Shown here: positions 1-1,735 of the stretch, piece by piece
Position numbering within the stretch: the stretch's first letter is position 1
How the letters are laid out: the number at the start of each line of letters is the position of its first letter
Assembly: GCA_000004985.1 (NCBI GenBank)
Contig: GG739335.1
DNA length: 1,735 nt
Direction: 5' to 3' (one strand)
Source: Naegleria gruberi
Lineage: Eukaryota
Position numbers and translations under genes: made by a program
Notes under the pieces: model-generated
Told to the model about the DNA's origin: nothing
The model's input: the letters and a program-made list of their open reading frames with translations, nothing else
Databases searched by the model: none

Positions 1-240
1 GAAGAAAAAGATGAGAAGAGAACAAGAAGAAAAGACAATAGGAAGCCAGACATAAGAAGGATGTAGAAGACAGAAAGAAGAAGGAAGAGGAAGATCATTT
101 GAAGAAAAGCCCAATTAGAATGGATGATTTGAAGAAGATGAAAGAAAGAGAAAAGACTAAATTGAAGAAGAACGAAGGAGAAAGGCAGAACTGGAAGAGG
201 AAGATCTTCTACGTAGAAGAGCTCAAGAGGAAAAGAAAAA
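1..240 (+). repeat. Polypurine (GAA/GAG-dominated) low-complexity tract, roughly 85-90% A/G on the + strand, containing an exact 14-nt direct repeat GGAAGAGGAAGATC at 83-96 and 193-206
   Basis: Direct reading: very few C/T in 1-240; recurring gaagaa/gaagag units; exact 14-mer at 83-96 and 193-206; ATTTGAAGAA at 97-106 and 127-136, ATTGAAGAAG at 161-170. Confidence 0.85.
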
Positions 241-254
241 GGTTAAATGAGTAA
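42..254 (+). CDS. Candidate coding segment (exon or 3' end, possibly partial) for a highly charged K/E/R-rich repeat protein: EARHKKDVEDRKKKEEEDHLKKSPIRMDDLKKMKEREKTKLKKNEGERQNWKRKIFYVEELKRKRKRLNE*; first in-frame ATG at 120-122; TAA stop at 252-254
   Basis: Frame 3 is the only frame open across the tract (frame 1 stops at 64-66 and 100-102; frame 2 stops at 116-118 and 125-127). The LKK codons TTG-AAG-AAR recur at 99, 129 and 162, all in frame 3, with spacings of 30 and 33 nt (multiples of 3), giving a 10-11 residue periodic repeat (DHLKKSPIR / DDLKKMKERE / TKLKKNEGER). The KRKRKR near the C-terminus resembles a monopartite NLS. The upstream in-frame TAG at 39-41 bounds the ORF; frame 1 is open from the window edge to 66, so upstream continuation via an intron or frameshift cannot be excluded. 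Confidence 0.4.
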   Translation, partial: EARHKKDVEDRKKKEEEDHLKKSPIRMDDLKKMKEREKTKLKKNEGERQNWKRKIFYVEELKRKRKRLNE

Positions 255-261
255 GGTAATG
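253..261 (+). other. Splice-donor-like motif AAG|GTAATG (a second GT at 251-252 gives TGA|GTAAGG), immediately at or after the end of the charged-peptide ORF
   Basis: Matches the eukaryotic 5' splice-site consensus MAG|GTRAGT at 7-8 of 9 positions. It overlaps the in-frame TAA at 252-254, so it may simply be 3' UTR. Confidence 0.3.
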
Positions 262-519
262 AAAGATCCAAGTCTGCAACAGAAGTTGAATCTGGTACTC
301 GTTATCAATCACTTGAAGGAATTAACATAGATTACAATGTCCTTTCAAGTGTTTGACCTCGTTCATCATCATTGTAAATACCCTAATAGCTTGGTTTTGA
401 ATCATTGAACTTATGATATTTCTTCATGTTGTAACAGTTTTTTGTTAACTTGCAAGAGGATCGAAAATACTTTAGCCGTTCCATTTTAAAATATAGATAT
501 TGTTTAGATGGAACCACCA

Positions 520-528
520 AAGGTGAGG
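520..528 (+). other. Splice-donor-like motif AAG|GTGAGG
   Basis: Near-perfect match to MAG|GTRAGT. An upstream acceptor-like site tatttcttcatgttgtaacag| ends at 436, and frame 3 is open across 435-653, so 437-522 could be a small internal exon. This is speculative. Confidence 0.25.
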
Positions 529-757
529 TATCACGTACCGGTTTCACAACGTATTTCAATCGATCCAAGGATTTAACAATATTTTATTATTTGGAAACTC
601 TTGAGCACTTCGACAAATTAGCACTTAATTTCATAATAGCGCAATATTTATGATTATTTCACCTACCACTTGGACTACTCTTAATTTATCCTTATAACAG
701 AGTTACTTATCTTAACCACTTAGATTTTGTATTCGACTCTTATGTTAAAAATATTTG

Positions 758-871
758 ATGTCCTTGGATTTTATTCTGTTACAGGTAATACTTACACTAA
801 GTACTTACGTTGTCTGTCCTGCATGTCTGTTCGACCATTCTATGAAATTTCAAAATGAATTGTGTAAATAA
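758..871 (+). CDS. Speculative short ORF (37 aa) MSLDFILLQVILTLSTYVVCPACLFDHSMKFQNELCK* with a hydrophobic N-terminus and three Cys; TAA stop at 869-871, followed by tandem AATAAA
   Basis: ATG at 758-760 in frame 2, with an in-frame upstream stop TAA at 746-748. AATAAA at 893-898 and 901-906, 22-35 nt past the stop. The region also contains CAG|GTAATA at 782-790, which could instead be a splice junction. An ORF this short is easily produced by chance in T-rich DNA. Confidence 0.12.
   Translation: MSLDFILLQVILTLSTYVVCPACLFDHSMKFQNELCK
768..790 (+). other. Pyrimidine-rich stretch (attttattctgtta) followed by CAG|GTAATA: acceptor-like (..ttacag|) and donor-like (CAG|GTAATA) at the same junction
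   Basis: Direct reading: ggattttattctgttacaggtaatacttac. The ambiguity cannot be resolved without transcript data. Confidence 0.2.
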
Positions 872-892
872 CATGTCCGCGTGTTATTGAAA

Positions 893-906
893 AATAAATT
901 AATAAA
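893..906 (+). promoter_or_regulatory. Tandem AATAAA polyadenylation-signal hexamers (893-898 and 901-906)
   Basis: Direct reading of gaaaaataaattaataaaaatt. AATAAA occurs by chance fairly often in AT-rich DNA, so the function is inferred only from its position after the short ORF 758-871. Confidence 0.25.
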
Positions 907-1350
907 AATTATGGGTCAAAAAACACCTTTGGTCCAGCCAATTGCAAAAAAATATTCTTCTCCTTTCTTTTACGAGAAGTTTATATTACTTGGCTCCTGT
1001 GTCATGAATCTTGCTTATTGCTTGGTTATATTGAATGATCACTAATTTTATGGTACTATACATCATGTTATATCTATAGAGTGAATCTTGACGTATTCTT
1101 TGTAGTGCATAGGAAGTCCGAAAGTGGGCCCTAATTTAATTTTTTCCTTGGTACTAATGTAAGCTTTTTCCACAACCGATATTCGACACCTTTTCATTCT
1201 ACAAAAATATGAAATAACGATTTTATATTTTACCATAGAAAAGAATGTCATTCATAGATAGTTTTCTGAAATTATTGAAGGCGGATAAAGTTTACAATAG
1301 ATTTTTTAGAATTGTGAGTTATTGTCCAAAAATGATTGTTGTATGAAGGT

Positions 1351-1356
1351 TTTATT
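1351..1356 (-). promoter_or_regulatory. AATAAA hexamer on the minus strand (plus TTTATT), 6 nt downstream of the TGA stop of the minus-strand N/S-rich ORF
   Basis: Minus strand reads ...GGC TGA TCACTC AATAAA ACCTTCATAC...; the position is consistent with a compact 3' UTR. Confidence 0.3.
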
Positions 1357-1362
1357 GAGTGA

Positions 1363-1605
1363 TCAGCCTCTTAGATTGTTGGATTTGACCTTTTTGGTGT
1401 GGCCATGATTCGACTTTTCTTGAGAATTGGAGTTCAAATGATTGGAATTTCTGGTATTTGAATTATTCTCAATATTCATAACATTTTTCAAGTGAAATAT
1501 TAAATCATTTCTAATGGAATTGGAATTGCTCGAAGCATTTTTAACGTTTGATGATTTCCCTCCATTTTTCTTTATGGCTCCTTCAACAACTGTTTGAAAA
1601 AACAT
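1363..1605 (-). CDS. Candidate small Asn/Ser-rich low-complexity ORF, 80 aa from the first ATG (complement of 1603-1605): MFFQTVVEGAIKKNGGKSSNVKNASSNSNSIRNDLIFHLKNVMNIENNSNTRNSNHLNSNSQEKSNHGHTKKVKSNNLRG*. The frame stays open upstream to 1659, encoding a signal-peptide-like stretch SLLSDICTLLLTLSLVFL that has no ATG
   Basis: The ORF-track start at 1629 is a TTG (plus caa at 1627-1629), not ATG; the first real ATG is at 1605. TGA stop at complement 1363-1365, followed 6 nt later by AATAAA (plus TTTATT 1351-1356). TATA-like CTGATATATGTA on the minus strand (plus 1638-1649) lies roughly 35-45 nt upstream of the ATG. Composition is low-complexity N/S-rich, driven by the (AATTCC)n repeat. Confidence 0.25.
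   Translation of the reverse strand: MFFQTVVEGAIKKNGGKSSNVKNASSNSNSIRNDLIFHLKNVMNIENNSNTRNSNHLNSNSQEKSNHGHTKKVKSNNLRG
1422..1530. repeat. Degenerate hexamer microsatellite (GGAATT)n on the plus strand, (AATTCC)n on the minus strand; perfect (GGAATT)2 at 1516-1527, degenerate copies at about 1424-1431, 1441-1450 and 1452-1464
   Basis: Direct reading: gagaattggag, gattggaattt, ctggtatttgaatt, aatggaattggaattgct. This corresponds to the NSNS codon repeats of the minus-strand ORF. Confidence 0.55.
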
Positions 1606-1637
1606 CAAGAAAACAAGTGACAATGTCAATAATAGCG

Positions 1638-1649
1638 TACATATATCAG
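1638..1649 (-). promoter_or_regulatory. TATA-like element (minus strand CTGATATATGTA) upstream of the minus-strand ORF
   Basis: Sits roughly 35-45 nt 5' of the ATG at 1605 on the minus strand. AT-rich context makes chance occurrence likely. Confidence 0.15.
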
Positions 1650-1709
1650 ATAATAAGCTTTAGATTGAATGATTAAATGTTTGAAAGAATGACCTCAAAT
1701 AGTTCGAAA

Positions 1710-1733
1710 AATAAATCCAATGAGAAAAAAAAA
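1710..1733 (+). promoter_or_regulatory. AATAAA (1710-1715) followed 9 nt later by an A9 run (1725-1733): poly(A) signal plus A-tract, possibly the 3' end of a retroposed or processed sequence, or a genomic poly(A) site
   Basis: Direct reading of cgaaaaataaatccaatgagaaaaaaaaagt at the window's 3' edge; the window ends 2 nt after the A-run, so the downstream context is unseen. Confidence 0.25.
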
Positions 1734-1735
1734 GT

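Noticed and set aside
360-374. C-box-like ATGATGA on the minus strand (plus gttcatcatcattg), possible C/D snoRNA
   Set aside because: No D box (CUGA, plus tcag) in the expected 60-100 nt downstream on that strand, and no terminal stem pairing visible.
383-568. Minus-strand 61-aa ORF from the track
   Set aside because: It begins at TTG (plus caa at 566-568), not ATG. It overlaps the opposite-strand ORF 450-653 and has unremarkable composition, so it is likely spurious.
450-653. Plus-strand 67-aa ORF from the track
   Set aside because: It begins at TTG with no in-frame ATG anywhere in the frame. It is at best a fragment of a possible micro-exon (see the splice-motif finding) and is not supportable as a stand-alone CDS.
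826-842. tRNA T-arm-like motif (tgttcgaccattc resembling GGTTCGAATCC)
   Set aside because: The flanks cannot be folded into acceptor, D and anticodon stems, and there are no A-box or B-box spacing matches, so this is not a tRNA.
1125-1130. GGGCCC palindrome and CAATTG palindrome/CCAAT-box-like gccaattgc at 927-935
   Set aside because: These are isolated 6-bp palindromes or motifs with no associated stem-loop or promoter architecture, and so are uninformative.
1063-1251. ATG-initiated 62-aa ORF on the minus strand (MTFFSMVKYKIVISYFCRMKRCRISVVEKAYISTKEKIKLGPTFGLPMHYKEYVKIHSIDIT)
   Set aside because: No recognisable domain or compositional logic, no flanking signals, and an ORF of this length is expected by chance a few times in a 1.7-kb window at this AT content. 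Kept only as a very low-probability hypothetical.
1030-1672. Exact 10-mer ATTGAATGAT at 1030-1039 and 1663-1672; TTCGAC hexamer recurring five times (610, 734, 831, 1183, 1411)
   Set aside because: Counts are within what is expected by chance for short words in a compositionally biased 1.7-kb sequence once all words are considered. There is no extended flanking similarity to suggest a dispersed repeat or TIRs.
1-1735. Prokaryotic features: Shine-Dalgarno sites, rho-independent terminators, CRISPR repeats, IS-element TIRs, operon-like ORF packing
   Set aside because: None observed. ORF density is far too low for bacterial or phage DNA. There are no GC-rich hairpin plus T-run terminators and no regularly spaced direct repeats. 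Splice-site and poly(A) motifs point to a eukaryotic origin.

Overview
This 1735-bp window looks like AT-rich (roughly one-third GC by eye) eukaryotic nuclear DNA, not a prokaryotic locus. ORF density is very low, with only four ORFs of 60 aa or more across six frames, and three of those four begin at TTG rather than ATG. There are several consensus-quality splice-donor-like motifs (AAG|GTAATG, AAG|GTGAGG, CAG|GTAATA), AATAAA hexamers placed where polyadenylation signals would sit, low-complexity tracts, and no Shine-Dalgarno sites, intrinsic terminators, CRISPR repeats or tRNA/rRNA signatures. The best-supported element is a roughly 240-bp polypurine (GAA/GAG-rich) tract at the 5' end. Its frame 3 (42-254) is the only open frame and encodes a highly charged K/E/R-rich peptide. 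That peptide has a periodic LKK motif whose DNA spacing is 30 and 33 nt, both multiples of three, and a terminal KRKRKR NLS-like motif before a TAA stop. I call it a probable coding segment (exon or 3' end) for a charged, possibly nuclear or coiled-coil, repeat protein. The second candidate is a small Asn/Ser-rich ORF on the minus strand (1363-1605 from its first ATG). It overlies a degenerate (GGAATT)n hexamer microsatellite and is followed by AATAAA 6 nt past its stop. It has a TATA-like motif about 40 nt upstream. In frame, a signal-peptide-like hydrophobic stretch sits upstream of the first ATG, so either an upstream exon supplies the start or the ORF is spurious. The window ends with AATAAA, then 9 nt, then an A9 run, which could be a retroposed or poly(A)-tail signature. 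I see no evidence of a novel defence or mobile system. The remaining material is best described as intronic, UTR or intergenic AT-rich sequence with a few speculative short ORFs. All calls are from reading the sequence by eye, and no database search was possible.
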